64,000 nt of DNA from an uncultured delta proteobacterium (lineage in GTDB: Bacteria > Desulfobacterota > Binatia > UBA9968). Positions 49,983 to 59,650 of this stretch are shown here, one piece after another. How positions within the stretch are numbered: the first letter of the stretch is position 1; each line of letters starts with the position of its first letter. The notes under the pieces are model-generated. The model worked only from the letters and a program-made list of their open reading frames with translations, had not been told where the DNA came from and searched no databases. The stretch covers positions 1 to 64,000 of the forward strand of contig CAWJBB010000053.1 of NCBI GenBank assembly GCA_963840855.1, given 5' to 3'. The position numbers and the translations under genes are program-made.

Positions 49983-51089
49983 TTATGGGTTGAACGGCAC
50001 CCACCGCTCCGCTCCAGCCCGGATGCCGTAACGCGTCGGATCCAAAAGGTGCCACGCCGGGATCGCGTGTCCAAAAGCAAGGTTATTCTCGAACTTGCCG
50101 GCGATGTGCATGCCGATCAGAAGCCCGCGGTCGTCGGACGATATGAGCGGCGATCCGCTCTGACCCATCCGGGTACGCGATTCGAGCTCAGAGAAAATGA
50201 GACTTTCGTGGATGACATCTCTTGCGCGCGGCATACTGTAGTCGATGGAAGGCTGAAAAAAGCCGCGAAGCTTGGCTCGGATGCGTTTGCCTACGACACA
50301 CACATCATATTCGGCCGGGACATCTTCTTCCGACCGCGCCCAATCGAGTATCTTGACGCTGCCCAGCGTTTGGCGCAGTGCCTCCAGATCTTTGACGATC
50401 GCAATCTGGGCATCGTGGCTCAATCTGGGGCCGTCCCCGAGCCGGCCTTTGACGTTGATGGTGTTCCCGAGGTTCAGTCCGCTGCTGGCGAGATCGACGG
50501 ACGCGCCGAGGACATCGTCGGGGTGGAAAATCTTTGATAAGCTGAAGACATGCCGGCAGCTTATGGCGAAGGGGCGGTCGCCGAACGCCGATCGATGCAT
50601 GGCGCAGGTGACGCTCCCGAGAGATTCTTCTCCGTCTGACTTTGCAAGTATCTGATCGCCCAGCGCCTGAGGCTTGAAGCCCGCGTGGATCGAGGCATCG
50701 TCGACGTCGGTCGGCACGGCGCAGCGCTTGCGCTTGCCGCGCACGCGCCAATAAGCGAAAAGATGGGTGGGGAGCATCTCCTCCTCGTTCTCCTCGGAGG
50801 CTCTAACCCATTTGTGCTTAACCACGAAGATAACAGAGGGGATGCGGACGAGGCGCCGCCGGCCGGTTCTTTTTTGGCGCTTCCATTTATAGCCGATGGC
50901 GACGTCGATCACATTGCGATACGCCCGGCAGAGCTCGGCGCCGCGCGTTTCGACGAGTTCCTGAACCAGCCGGAGTTGATCGGCGCGGCTCAGCTCCTTG
51001 AGGAAGACGTTGCGAGCTGTAGCGTTGTCCAGCGGCCTCCGCCGACGCGTTCTGCTTTCGGTTCTTCGCATCCAATCCTTACGATTCAT
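49983..51089 (-). CDS. Nal1-like trypsin-fold serine protease
   Basis: N-terminal NVIDVAIGYK..SVIFVVKHK..LP..VPTDV pattern; probable triad SCRHV / HDAQIA / GQSGSPL; LIGMHIAG. Confidence 0.7.
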   Translation of the reverse strand: MNRKDWMRRTESRTRRRRPLDNATARNVFLKELSRADQLRLVQELVETRGAELCRAYRNVIDVAIGYKWKRQKRTGRRRLVRIPSVIFVVKHKWVRASEENEEEMLPTHLFAYWRVRGKRKRCAVPTDVDDASIHAGFKPQALGDQILAKSDGEESLGSVTCAMHRSAFGDRPFAISCRHVFSLSKIFHPDDVLGASVDLASSGLNLGNTINVKGRLGDGPRLSHDAQIAIVKDLEALRQTLGSVKILDWARSEEDVPAEYDVCVVGKRIRAKLRGFFQPSIDYSMPRARDVIHESLIFSELESRTRMGQSGSPLISSDDRGLLIGMHIAGKFENNLAFGHAIPAWHLLDPTRYGIRAGAERWVPFNP

Positions 51090-51103
51090 ATAGCCAAGTG
51101 CAT

Positions 51104-52720
51104 TTAGCGCGTAACCCTAATATTCGCAGGGCGTACCCCCCGCGCTATTCCGTCGCCCTTCGTGATCAAGGCATCGATAATCAGTGCGTCATCTGTAACT
51201 TTAGCCCCGCTAGTAGTTTGCGCGCTTTTGATTTTGGCCGTGACGATCTTCCTCGCCAGGTCGGTTGTTACGGTATCGACAACTATCTTAAGTCCCGCTG
51301 CTTCGATGATTTGACCCTGGATCGAGTCGGCAAACGCTTTTAGGTTTTTTTCGTCGAGTACGAGAGGACTTTTGACCCCGGCCCCCGCGCCGCCGGGAGC
51401 TGCGGGAGGCGGAAGCGGTGATGGTGGTGTTTCGCCGGCGGGCGTCTCGACGACGCGGACTTTGGTTCGCTGCACGTTGTGCAGTGCGTCCTCGACCCGA
51501 AGATCGTATTCGTAGATCTTAGCGTCGGCGGATGCGGCAAACGTAAATGTTCTGTCTGTGCCTACCGGCAGCACGAGCGATACGCCTTCGGCAGGTTGAG
51601 GTTCGAGTCTCGAGATAAACGGGGCTTTGCCACCGACGGCGGTGACGCTCGCGATTTTGCCTCGCGGCAACGTTAGCCCAGTCGGAGGATCCAGGGTAAA
51701 AGCGAGCTCGACTTCCTCGACCCCGCATTTCTTTAGGGTCTCGGTCGGCTTGTAACGGACGGCGCTGTCCACGATTGCCTGTACCCGATCGGTCTCGACG
51801 GACAGTTGACTGACTGCGATGTTCATGTCCTTTAGCTCACTATCCAGCTTTGCCTGAAGCTCGTCCCGTCGCTGCGGTAAGGCACTCTGCGGCTGGTCTT
51901 TCGCCGCGCTAGGGGGCCCTAATAGTTCGGCTGCCTTTCCCGACGTGGGCACGAGGGTCCGCGCAGTTTGGCCGAGCCCCTGGACCAAGACGCGAAGGCT
52001 GTCCACATCCGGCTGCGTTCTTTTGAGCTGCTGTGTGACCAAAGTATCGATCTCGCCGATCTTTGTGCTCAGCAACTCGCCGGCCCGCTCGTGCAGATCC
52101 AGCAGCGCATAGCCGTCCTTCAGAGCTTGTTGAGCGCGGGCGATCACTTCCCTGGCCGAAGCGAGGCTCTGCGCCGCAGCGCTCGATTGAAGCGTTGGCG
52201 CGTCAAGATCGATCTCAGCGATAAGGCGCGCCACTTCTCGGGCGTGCCCCTCGGCTTTAGCGCCATGTTTGCTGATTTCGTCGAGGCCATTTTTGAGGCT
52301 CGCCTTGTCGATCTTCAGTGGAAGCACGGCTTGCACTGCGCAGGTGATGCCGTTCATGCCGGCGATGTAAACGTCCTGCCGCAAGGGATTGTTGAACCAT
52401 TGCCCCAATGTGAATGCTCCTGCGCCGGCGAGCGCCAAGTATCCAATGGTCTGGGGGTGTGCCCCCCCGATACCGGCTCCAATCGTGCCGGCACCGAGCG
52501 GAATCAGCGCCATGGCTAGCACATTGGGCACAGTCGTGTAAGTTGCCATGCCCTTTTTGTATGCCTCCCGGCCGTCGTTGGCGTACTTGATGGCCTGGTC
52601 CAGTGTGGTAGGCGGGTCGGGTCTCTGCCAGGTGACGTGTGGATTGATGAGTGCGCAGCCTTCAAGCACCAGAATAGCTAGCGTCGCGACAATTCCACTC
52701 AGTTTAACCTTCTTACTCAT
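51104..52720 (-). CDS. Hypothetical lipoprotein (hydrophobic hairpin, helical bundle, beta-rich domain, Pro linker)
   Basis: Lipobox LEGC at residues 19-22; Gly-rich double hydrophobic segment; long Ala/Leu/Gln helical region; PPSPLPPP linker. Confidence 0.7.
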   Translation of the reverse strand: MSKKVKLSGIVATLAILVLEGCALINPHVTWQRPDPPTTLDQAIKYANDGREAYKKGMATYTTVPNVLAMALIPLGAGTIGAGIGGAHPQTIGYLALAGAGAFTLGQWFNNPLRQDVYIAGMNGITCAVQAVLPLKIDKASLKNGLDEISKHGAKAEGHAREVARLIAEIDLDAPTLQSSAAAQSLASAREVIARAQQALKDGYALLDLHERAGELLSTKIGEIDTLVTQQLKRTQPDVDSLRVLVQGLGQTARTLVPTSGKAAELLGPPSAAKDQPQSALPQRRDELQAKLDSELKDMNIAVSQLSVETDRVQAIVDSAVRYKPTETLKKCGVEEVELAFTLDPPTGLTLPRGKIASVTAVGGKAPFISRLEPQPAEGVSLVLPVGTDRTFTFAASADAKIYEYDLRVEDALHNVQRTKVRVVETPAGETPPSPLPPPAAPGGAGAGVKSPLVLDEKNLKAFADSIQGQIIEAAGLKIVVDTVTTDLARKIVTAKIKSAQTTSGAKVTDDALIIDALITKGDGIARGVRPANIRVTR

Positions 52721-52961
52721 ATAATTCCTTCAATCACCATTGAGACAAGGTAGTTCGCCGCTATGCTCTCGAACAAAACCGTCACAGTATCGGACTCCCC
52801 CTAAAGTTGCATTGCGCTTGTCGTGTGATTGACTGACCGCGATTTGTAAGCAATCTTAGGTCCAGGCAGGTCGTGCCAACGACGGATGACACCCCACCAT
52901 AGTTCTTGCCTGGTTACCCGTGTTAGTGGCGTTGGTCCATGTGCGACGATGGCGGCGAGAA

Positions 52962-52992
52962 AACGTTGTTCACAAAAGCTGTGAACAGCGTT
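52962..52992. promoter_or_regulatory. Inverted repeat upstream of the lipoprotein operon (possible operator)
   Basis: AACGTTGTTCACA-AAAGC-TGTGAACAGCGTT; 13-bp arms with one mismatch and no U-tract. Confidence 0.4.
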
Positions 52993-53177
52993 GCATGCTG
53001 TAAACTCAGGTTTCCTTTGTGCTCACACCCGCCAAGACATTGGTTATTCTTTTGGTCGGCTGTGAAAATTTTGTCGAATGAAAAATGTTTATAAGTCAGA
53101 TAGTTGATTTTCGAATAACTCTTGACGCCAAGCCGTCTATTGGACTCTCGCCTTTAGATCCGTTGTGGTCCGTCCCG

Positions 53178-53987
53178 CTAAGTTATCTTCAGCAGCCTTT
53201 TAATGTTGCCCGACATGATCAGGCGAAGATCTTCGATCTTGAGCTTTAGGTGGCGCTGGGCGTGTTTGACGATCTTCTCGATCTCCCAGTCCATCGGGTT
53301 GAAGGGATGATCCGAGCCGTAAAGAACCCGGTCGGCCCCGGCCCAGGCAATCGATTCGCAGAAGAACGGCAGCCAGCCGACGCCCGAGCTGTCCATGTGA
53401 ACGTTTTCACATTTCTTGGCGATCTCGACGACGTCCCTTACGCCTTCGACGAGGCCCGAATGGCCCATGATGATGGGCAGCTTGGGAAAATCCCTGGCCA
53501 CTTCGCCAATGCGTTTGGGACTGGCGTCCTCTCCCAAGCCGCAGTGAAAAAGAACGGTCAAGCCGTGGTGCTCAGCGGCTGCCATTAAAGGATAGACTTT
53601 TTCTTTATCGTTGGCCGGGCAGTGCTCTATGAGCGGGTGGATCTTGATCCCTTTGAGCCCGAGCTTCACGCCTTCCTCGAGCACCTGAAGGGTGTCTTTG
53701 GGACCGTTGCCCGGGCTGAGCCTCATGAAGCCGTGAATTCTCCCCGAATGTTTCTTCATCTGCTCGGAGATGTACTGGTTAGTTTCCCGGTAATCCGATG
53801 GCTCGCCGATGCCGATGGCGAAGGTGACGACGCCATCGACGCCGGCGTCGTCCATCGACTGGAGCATATCTTCCGCCATGAATTTCATGATCGGCGGAAT
53901 CTGGTGAATGGCGAGCTTTTTCCGTGCCCCCATGTGGGAGTGCGCGTCGATGACCTCGATTTTTTCTCCCTCGACGTTAACCATCAT
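53178..53987 (-). CDS. Amidohydrolase family 2 protein
   Basis: IDAHSH, KGIKIHP, LFHCG, MGHSG, YGSDHP. Confidence 0.88.
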   Translation of the reverse strand: MMVNVEGEKIEVIDAHSHMGARKKLAIHQIPPIMKFMAEDMLQSMDDAGVDGVVTFAIGIGEPSDYRETNQYISEQMKKHSGRIHGFMRLSPGNGPKDTLQVLEEGVKLGLKGIKIHPLIEHCPANDKEKVYPLMAAAEHHGLTVLFHCGLGEDASPKRIGEVARDFPKLPIIMGHSGLVEGVRDVVEIAKKCENVHMDSSGVGWLPFFCESIAWAGADRVLYGSDHPFNPMDWEIEKIVKHAQRHLKLKIEDLRLIMSGNIKRLLKIT

Positions 53988-54006
53988 GCGCTCCGCAAAA
54001 GACCGC

Positions 54007-54056
54007 GTTCCGCGGGTTCCAATCGTTCAAAATGTTTCCATCGTTCCAAACGTTTG
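54007..54056 (+). repeat. Degenerate 9-mer (CGTTCAA-type) tandem array
   Basis: GTTCCGCGG GTTCCAATC GTTCAAAAT GTTTCCATC GTTCCAAAC GTTTG. Confidence 0.55.
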
Positions 54057-54122
54057 TAAGAGCAAGCTTGCCACGGAGACGCAGGATTCACGCGAAATGA
54101 TAAAAATTCTTCTCCGTAATTC

Positions 54123-55148
54123 TCATACTCCCCCGAATCCCTCATCCTGCGCTTCGGCCAACAACCACGGATCTTTGATTTCCGTCGTCGGGCCTTTGCC
54201 GCTCAGTACATTGGCCACTTCCCGGGCGGCGTGGGTTTGGCAGTCGACATAAGATTCGTCGGAGTTCGCCGCGGTGTGGCAGGTGACGATGACGTTCTGC
54301 AAAGTGAGGAGTTTGTGATCCGCAGGCAGCGGTTCGGGCTCGGTGACGTCGAGGGCCGCGCCGGCGAGCTCGCCGGCGACCAGGGCATCGAACAACGCGT
54401 CGGAATCCACCAGGCCGCCGCGGGCGCAGTTGATTAGATAAGCGGTGTTCTTCATCGCTTTGAACTGCGGCGTGCTGAACATATTGCGCGTTTGTTTGGT
54501 CAGCGGCGCGTGCAGGCTGATGAAATCGGAAGTGGCGATCAGCTCGTCTAACGGCACCATCTTCACGCCCATCTTTTCGGCGATCTTCGGATCGAGATAG
54601 GGATCGAAGGTCTGGACATTTAGCCGCATGCCCTGGGCGCGCGGCGCGACTTGCTTGCCGACATGGCCCAGCCCGACGATTCCCATGGTGCGTCCTTGAA
54701 TCCGATAAACCCGGCCGCGGTAGGCGTGGAGTTCCGCTGTGTGGCGGCGCCATTTGCCGTCATGCACGTACTGATTCATGCGCACGAGCTTGCGTGAAAT
54801 CGCGATCAGCAGGCCGATGGCCTGCTCCGCCACCTCGATGGAATTGCATCCCGCGGCATTGCAAATGATCATGCCGTGATCTTTCGCGGCCTTGAGATCC
54901 ATGCGGTCGACGCCGACGCCAGTGCGGCAGACGACTTTAACCCGTTTCAATTGTGAAATAATCTCGCGCGAGAGCGGCACCGATCCATGCATGATGATGC
55001 CGTCGGCGTCCTTGGCCATTTCCACCACGTCGGCGTCGCTGGTGGGCCGTCTGATCGTCATGTCGGCGTCGATCTCGGCGAGGATCGGCTTGATCAAATG
55101 CACCGGCACTTCGTTGCTGCCAAAGTAAACGACGTGAAACTTGGCCAT
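54123..55148 (-). CDS. D-isomer-specific 2-hydroxyacid dehydrogenase (CtBP/SerA-like)
   Basis: RTGVGVD, GIVGLGHVG, SLHAPLT, INCARGGLVD, LDVTEPEP, CHTAA. Confidence 0.9.
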   Translation of the reverse strand: MAKFHVVYFGSNEVPVHLIKPILAEIDADMTIRRPTSDADVVEMAKDADGIIMHGSVPLSREIISQLKRVKVVCRTGVGVDRMDLKAAKDHGMIICNAAGCNSIEVAEQAIGLLIAISRKLVRMNQYVHDGKWRRHTAELHAYRGRVYRIQGRTMGIVGLGHVGKQVAPRAQGMRLNVQTFDPYLDPKIAEKMGVKMVPLDELIATSDFISLHAPLTKQTRNMFSTPQFKAMKNTAYLINCARGGLVDSDALFDALVAGELAGAALDVTEPEPLPADHKLLTLQNVIVTCHTAANSDESYVDCQTHAAREVANVLSGKGPTTEIKDPWLLAEAQDEGFGGV

Positions 55149-55324
55149 GTAACTACACCTCCAGACTATAAAGGCGCTTGGGATTGTCCCATCAACTTTT
55201 CATAAATAGGACGAGTTAGTAGCGCGAGTCAACCGGAGTGTTGCAGGCTCGAGGCGAGAGGCCGCAGGCGCGGCTTATTCATGCGAGGACAGCGTGTGGA
55301 ACTAGTTAACTTTCGGTGAATCGG

Positions 55325-55389
55325 GTTCAAAACGTTCAAGCTGTTCAAGCCGTTCAAAAACGTTTGGAACGGTTTGAACGGCTGGAACT
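55325..55389. repeat. 9-mer GTTCAA tandem-unit palindrome
   Basis: GTTCAAAAC GTTCAAGCT GTTCAAGCC GTTCAAAAAC GTTTGGAAC GGTTTGAAC GGCTGGAAC. Confidence 0.75.
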
Positions 55390-55468
55390 CTGATGAGGTG
55401 CTTCGGCCCCGCGGAACCTCGCTACATAGACTGCGCACGCGGAGTCGTAGTAAATTGAGCACGCTGCC

Positions 55469-57151
55469 ATGAACGTCCGACACACGCGTTTGATCACGGG
55501 TTTCACCTTGCTTACCTACCTGGCGACTCATTTGCTCAATCACGCGCTTGGTTTGATCTCGCTGGAAGCCATGGAAATCGGGCGCCTATGGTTTCTGGCG
55601 TTTTGGCGAAACCCTCTGGCAACCGCGGCGCTCTATGCCTCGTTCCTCGTGCATTTTGGCCTGGCGCTCTGGTCGCTATACCAACGTCATCATTTGCGAA
55701 TGCCTCTCTGGGAAGCGCTCCAGCTCAGCCTCGGCCTTTGTATTCCGCTTTTACTTGCTGCGCACTTTGCCGGCACTCGGTTGGCGCACGGCTGGTATGG
55801 CGTCGAGGACAGCTACTCGAAAATCGTTCTTACCTTGTGGAAACTAAGCCCAATCCATGGTTGGAGACAGTCGATTCTCATCCTGATCGCCTGGATTCAT
55901 GGCTGCATCGGATTTCATTTCTGGTTGCGGCTGCGTCCCTGGTACTCCCGTTACGCGCAAACTTTTTTTGCCCTAGCATTGCTTCTGCCGGTGCTGGCCC
56001 TGCTTGGGTTTGCCCAAGCCGGCCGTGAGATTGATCACTTGATTGATCGAGATCCAGGTTGGATCGAACGGACAGAGCGAGCGTCTAAGTCTCTTGGCTC
56101 GGGACAAGGACAGGATCTGGTAACCGTTCGCGATGGAATCATATATGGGTTTTGGTTGTGTCTTGGCGGCGTGTGGATTGCACGGACCATCCGGCACACC
56201 TATCAGAGACGCCGGAGAATTCGGGTCATCTATCCGGGAAACCGCGAGGTCCAAGTGCCGCGCGGCTTCAGCGTTCTTGAAGCGAGCCGTTTCGCGCGCA
56301 TTGCCCACGCTTCCGTTTGCGGCGGCCGCGGCCGCTGCTCGACCTGCCGGGTGCGCGTGGTGCCCCCTATGTCCGCGTTGCCGCCGCCGAGCTCCGCGGA
56401 ACAAAGAGTCTTGCAGCGGGTGGGCGCGCCGCCCAATGTGCGGCTGGCTTGCCAGCTTCGCCCAACCGCGGATCTGTCGGTTATCCCGTTGTTGCCCGCG
56501 CATGCAGCGGCGAGCGACGGTTACGCGCAACCGGCTTATCTTGCCGGCCAGGAGCGCGCCATCGCCGTGTTGTTCGCAGACTTGCGGACCTTCACCGGTA
56601 TCGCGGAACGAAAACTGCCCTACGATCTGGTGTTTCTCTTGAACAGCTACTTTGACGCTGTGGGTAATGCGATCACAAGCGGCGGTGGCATCGTCGACAA
56701 ATTTATCGGCGATGGGGTTATGGCGCTGTTCGGAGTCGAGACCACTCTTGAAATGGCTTGCCGGCAAGCGTTAGCCGCGGCCCATGTCATGGTCAGAGAA
56801 GTCGAGGTTCTCAGCCAAAAGCTCGCGGTGGAGTTGCCTGTGCCACTGAAAATCGGTATCGGGATACATAGCGGCCCGGCGATTGTAGGGCGGATGGGCT
56901 TTGGCTCTAACGTTCACCTCACCGCCATCGGCGATACCGTCAATGTTGCAAGCCGCCTGCAAGATTTGACCAAGGAATATGGTTGCCAGCTGGTGATCTC
57001 GGAGCAGGTGGCAATGCACGCCGGTCTCGATCCATCGATCTTGCCGCGCCATGAGCTGACCGTCAGAAATCGAGTGGAGCCGCTGGCTATCTTCGTGGTC
57101 GACGAAATTGAATCAATCGTGAAAGAGTTGAGCGCCATGGATAAAAGATGA
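55469..57151 (+). CDS. CyaC-like adenylate cyclase (His-rich membrane domain + 2Fe-2S ferredoxin + class III cyclase)
   Basis: TM helices with His residues (THLLNH, VHF, AHF, WIHGCIGFH); HASVCGGRGRCSTCRV..RLACQ; LFADLRTFT, DKFIGD, GDTVNVASRL. Confidence 0.88.
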   Translation: MNVRHTRLITGFTLLTYLATHLLNHALGLISLEAMEIGRLWFLAFWRNPLATAALYASFLVHFGLALWSLYQRHHLRMPLWEALQLSLGLCIPLLLAAHFAGTRLAHGWYGVEDSYSKIVLTLWKLSPIHGWRQSILILIAWIHGCIGFHFWLRLRPWYSRYAQTFFALALLLPVLALLGFAQAGREIDHLIDRDPGWIERTERASKSLGSGQGQDLVTVRDGIIYGFWLCLGGVWIARTIRHTYQRRRRIRVIYPGNREVQVPRGFSVLEASRFARIAHASVCGGRGRCSTCRVRVVPPMSALPPPSSAEQRVLQRVGAPPNVRLACQLRPTADLSVIPLLPAHAAASDGYAQPAYLAGQERAIAVLFADLRTFTGIAERKLPYDLVFLLNSYFDAVGNAITSGGGIVDKFIGDGVMALFGVETTLEMACRQALAAAHVMVREVEVLSQKLAVELPVPLKIGIGIHSGPAIVGRMGFGSNVHLTAIGDTVNVASRLQDLTKEYGCQLVISEQVAMHAGLDPSILPRHELTVRNRVEPLAIFVVDEIESIVKELSAMDKR

Positions 57152-57169
57152 GACAAGGAGAGGAAACAT

Positions 57170-58322
57170 ATGAAACGCAGCAGTGAGCGAATTCTCGTGA
57201 CCCATGTCGGCAGTCTGGCGCGGCCGCAGGACCTGATGGAAATGCTCGTGGCGAGAAACGAGGGTAGTCCTTACAATTCGGACGCGCTCGCCAGGCGGAC
57301 AAGGGAAGCCGTGGGTGAGGTCGTGCAAAAGCAGATCGAGTGTGGCGTCGATATCGTCAACGACGGCGAGTTGGGGAAATCGAATTTCTCCCGCTACACG
57401 CGCGAACGGTTGGGCGGGTTCGTCGAGCGCCCGGCCGATTCTAACTTCAAACCGACGTCGATTTTTGGCCGCGACATGGTTGAGTTCACCGAATATTTCA
57501 ATCGCGGCGGACGGACTTCCATCGGCCATCACGCAAGGGTCTTTTACTGCGTGGAGCCGCTCAAGTATGTCGGCCAAGACGAAGTGAAATCAGACATCGA
57601 GAATCTAAAAGCCGCGCTCCAGGGGAAAAAAATCGAAGAGGCGTTCTTGCCTGCCATTGCGCCCGGCACTATGGAGCACTGGATGAAAAACGAGTACTAC
57701 CCGAGCGACGAAGCCTATCTCTTCGCCATCGCCGAGGCGATGCGCGAAGAGTATCAAGCGATCATTGACGCTGGTTTCGTTCTCCAGATCGACGATCCAG
57801 ACCTGGCGGATGCCTGGCAGATGCATCCAGCAGATGAGCGTGGCCGATTACCGCAAATATCAAGAGATGCGCATCGACGCGCTGAATCATGGCTTGAAGG
57901 ATTTGCCCGTCGACCGCATCCGCTTTCACATGTGCTGGGGCAGTTATCATGGCCCGCACAAGTACGATATCCCGTTGAAGGATATCGCCGATCTTATTCT
58001 AAAAGTGCGCGCTGGGGCGTATTCCATCGAGGCTTCCAACCCTCGCCATGACCACGAGTGGCGCGTGTGGAAAGAGGTCAAGCTTCCCGAAGATAAGGTG
58101 CTCATCCCCGGTGTCGTCGGTCATTGCAGCGATTTCATCGAGCATCCGCGCGCCATCGCCGATCGGCTCGTGCGCTACGCGGAAATCGTGGGCCGGGAAA
58201 ACGTCATCGCCGGCACCGATTGCGGTATTGGTTCGCGGGTCGGCCATCCCCAGGTCGGCTGGGCGAAGTTTCAAGCGATGGCCGAGGGCGCACGGCTGGC
58301 GACCAAGGAACTTTGGGGGTAA
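57170..58322 (+). CDS. Cobalamin-independent methionine synthase II-like (single-domain MetE) protein, frameshift at ~57830
   Basis: THVGSLARP, NDGELGK, LQIDDP; next frame HMCWGSYHGPH, IEASNPRH, AGTDCG. Confidence 0.85.
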
Positions 58323-58329
58323 TCGATTG

Positions 58330-58468
58330 GTTCAAAGTTCAAGGTTCAATGTTCAAAGTACGAGCCCTCGTTCAATGGAGTTATGAATTGGGTTTAACGT
58401 TCAAAGCTCAAAATGACAAGAACTTGTTGCAACGGCGGGTCCGAATCCGATACCTTGAACTTTGAACT
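58330..58468. repeat. 7-mer GTTCAA tandem-unit palindrome with ~100-bp spacer
   Basis: GTTCAAA GTTCAAG GTTCAAT GTTCAAA ... CTTGAAC TTTGAAC. Confidence 0.7.
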
Positions 58469-58487
58469 CACATAAAGGAGCAGTACC

Positions 58488-59462
58488 ATGAAAATCGCCG
58501 TCATTGACGACTATCAGAACGCGTTCAAAACGCTTAAATGCTACGCCAAGCTCAGCGGCCACGAAGTGACCGCCTTTACGGATACGGAGACAGATCCGGC
58601 GCGCCTTGCCGAGCGGTTGAAGGACGCCGAGGTTCTCGTGTTGACGCAACAGCGTTCGAGTTTTCCGCGCGCGGTGATCGAACGGTTGCCCAATCTGAAA
58701 TTGATCAGCCAGACCGGCTCCGGCACGGCGCATATCGACGTGGCGGCCTGCACGGAACGGGGAATCGCCGTGGCGGCCGGGGGATCGGGCAGGTCGAATG
58801 CGACGGCGGAGCTGACATGGGCGTTGATCTTGAGCGCTCTGCGCAATGTTCCCTATGAGGTCAAGCAGTTAAAAGAGGGGCGCTGGCAGTCAACCGCGGG
58901 CGTGGAGATTAAAGATAAGACGCTGGGAATTTACGCCTACGGAAAAATCGGCTCCATCGTCGCCGGGGTCGGCAAGGCGTTCGGCGCGCGCGTCGTTTGC
59001 TGGGGACGGGAGGGATCGACGAAACGCGCGCGCGAAGCGGGCTTCGAAGTGGCGGCGAGCCGGGAGGCATTCTTCGCCGGCGCCGATATTCTCAGTTTGC
59101 ACCTGCCGCTCAATAAAGAAACCCGCGGCATCGTCACCCGCGACGATCTGGCGCGCATGAAAACCACCGCGCTGTTTGTCAACCCGAGCCGCTCCGGGCT
59201 GGTTGCTGAAGGCGCGCTGGAAGACGCGCTCAAGGCCGGGCGGCCCGGCTTCGCCGCGGTCGATGTGTACGGAAAAGAGCCGATCATCGGCGCCGACCAT
59301 CCCTTGCTGAAGATGGATAACGCAACTTGCACGCCGCATCTCGGCTACGTAACGAGGGAGGCCTATGAGCAATACTACGGCTTTGTCGTCGATCACATTG
59401 TCGCCTTCGCTGCGGGCAAACCGACTAACATCGTGAATCCCGAGGCATTAGGAAAGAAATAA
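58488..59462 (+). CDS. D-2-hydroxyacid dehydrogenase family protein
   Basis: MKIAVIDDYQ, GIYAYGKIG, SLHLPL, VNPSRSGLV, TPHLGYV. Confidence 0.9.
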   Translation: MKIAVIDDYQNAFKTLKCYAKLSGHEVTAFTDTETDPARLAERLKDAEVLVLTQQRSSFPRAVIERLPNLKLISQTGSGTAHIDVAACTERGIAVAAGGSGRSNATAELTWALILSALRNVPYEVKQLKEGRWQSTAGVEIKDKTLGIYAYGKIGSIVAGVGKAFGARVVCWGREGSTKRAREAGFEVAASREAFFAGADILSLHLPLNKETRGIVTRDDLARMKTTALFVNPSRSGLVAEGALEDALKAGRPGFAAVDVYGKEPIIGADHPLLKMDNATCTPHLGYVTREAYEQYYGFVVDHIVAFAAGKPTNIVNPEALGKK

Positions 59463-59468
59463 GTTCCC

Positions 59469-59642
59469 GTTCAAAACGTTCAAATCGTTCAAGCCGTTCA
59501 AAACGTTTTGAACCAACAGTTGTGGTTTCCAGAGTTTCATCTCGCGTGCGCGCCTACCGGTTCAACGGCGGAATCCTGATTCAAACCGGGCGAGACGGTT
59601 TGAACGGAGCGCAGCGGTTGAACGACTTGAACGATTTGAACC
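59469..59642. repeat. 9-mer GTTCAA tandem-unit palindrome between convergent genes
   Basis: Four GTTCAA 9-mers (59469-59504) and TTGAAC units at 59508 and 59600-59641. Confidence 0.75.
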
Positions 59643-59650
59643 ACCGATAA

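Noticed and set aside
52860-52880. Sigma54 promoter (TTGGCACG) for the lipoprotein operon
   Set aside because: The -12 GC is not at the required distance from the -24 GG.
55325-59642. CRISPR array suggested by repeated GTTCAA/TTGAAC motifs
   Set aside because: Units are 7-9 nt, tandem, without unique spacers, and there are no cas genes.
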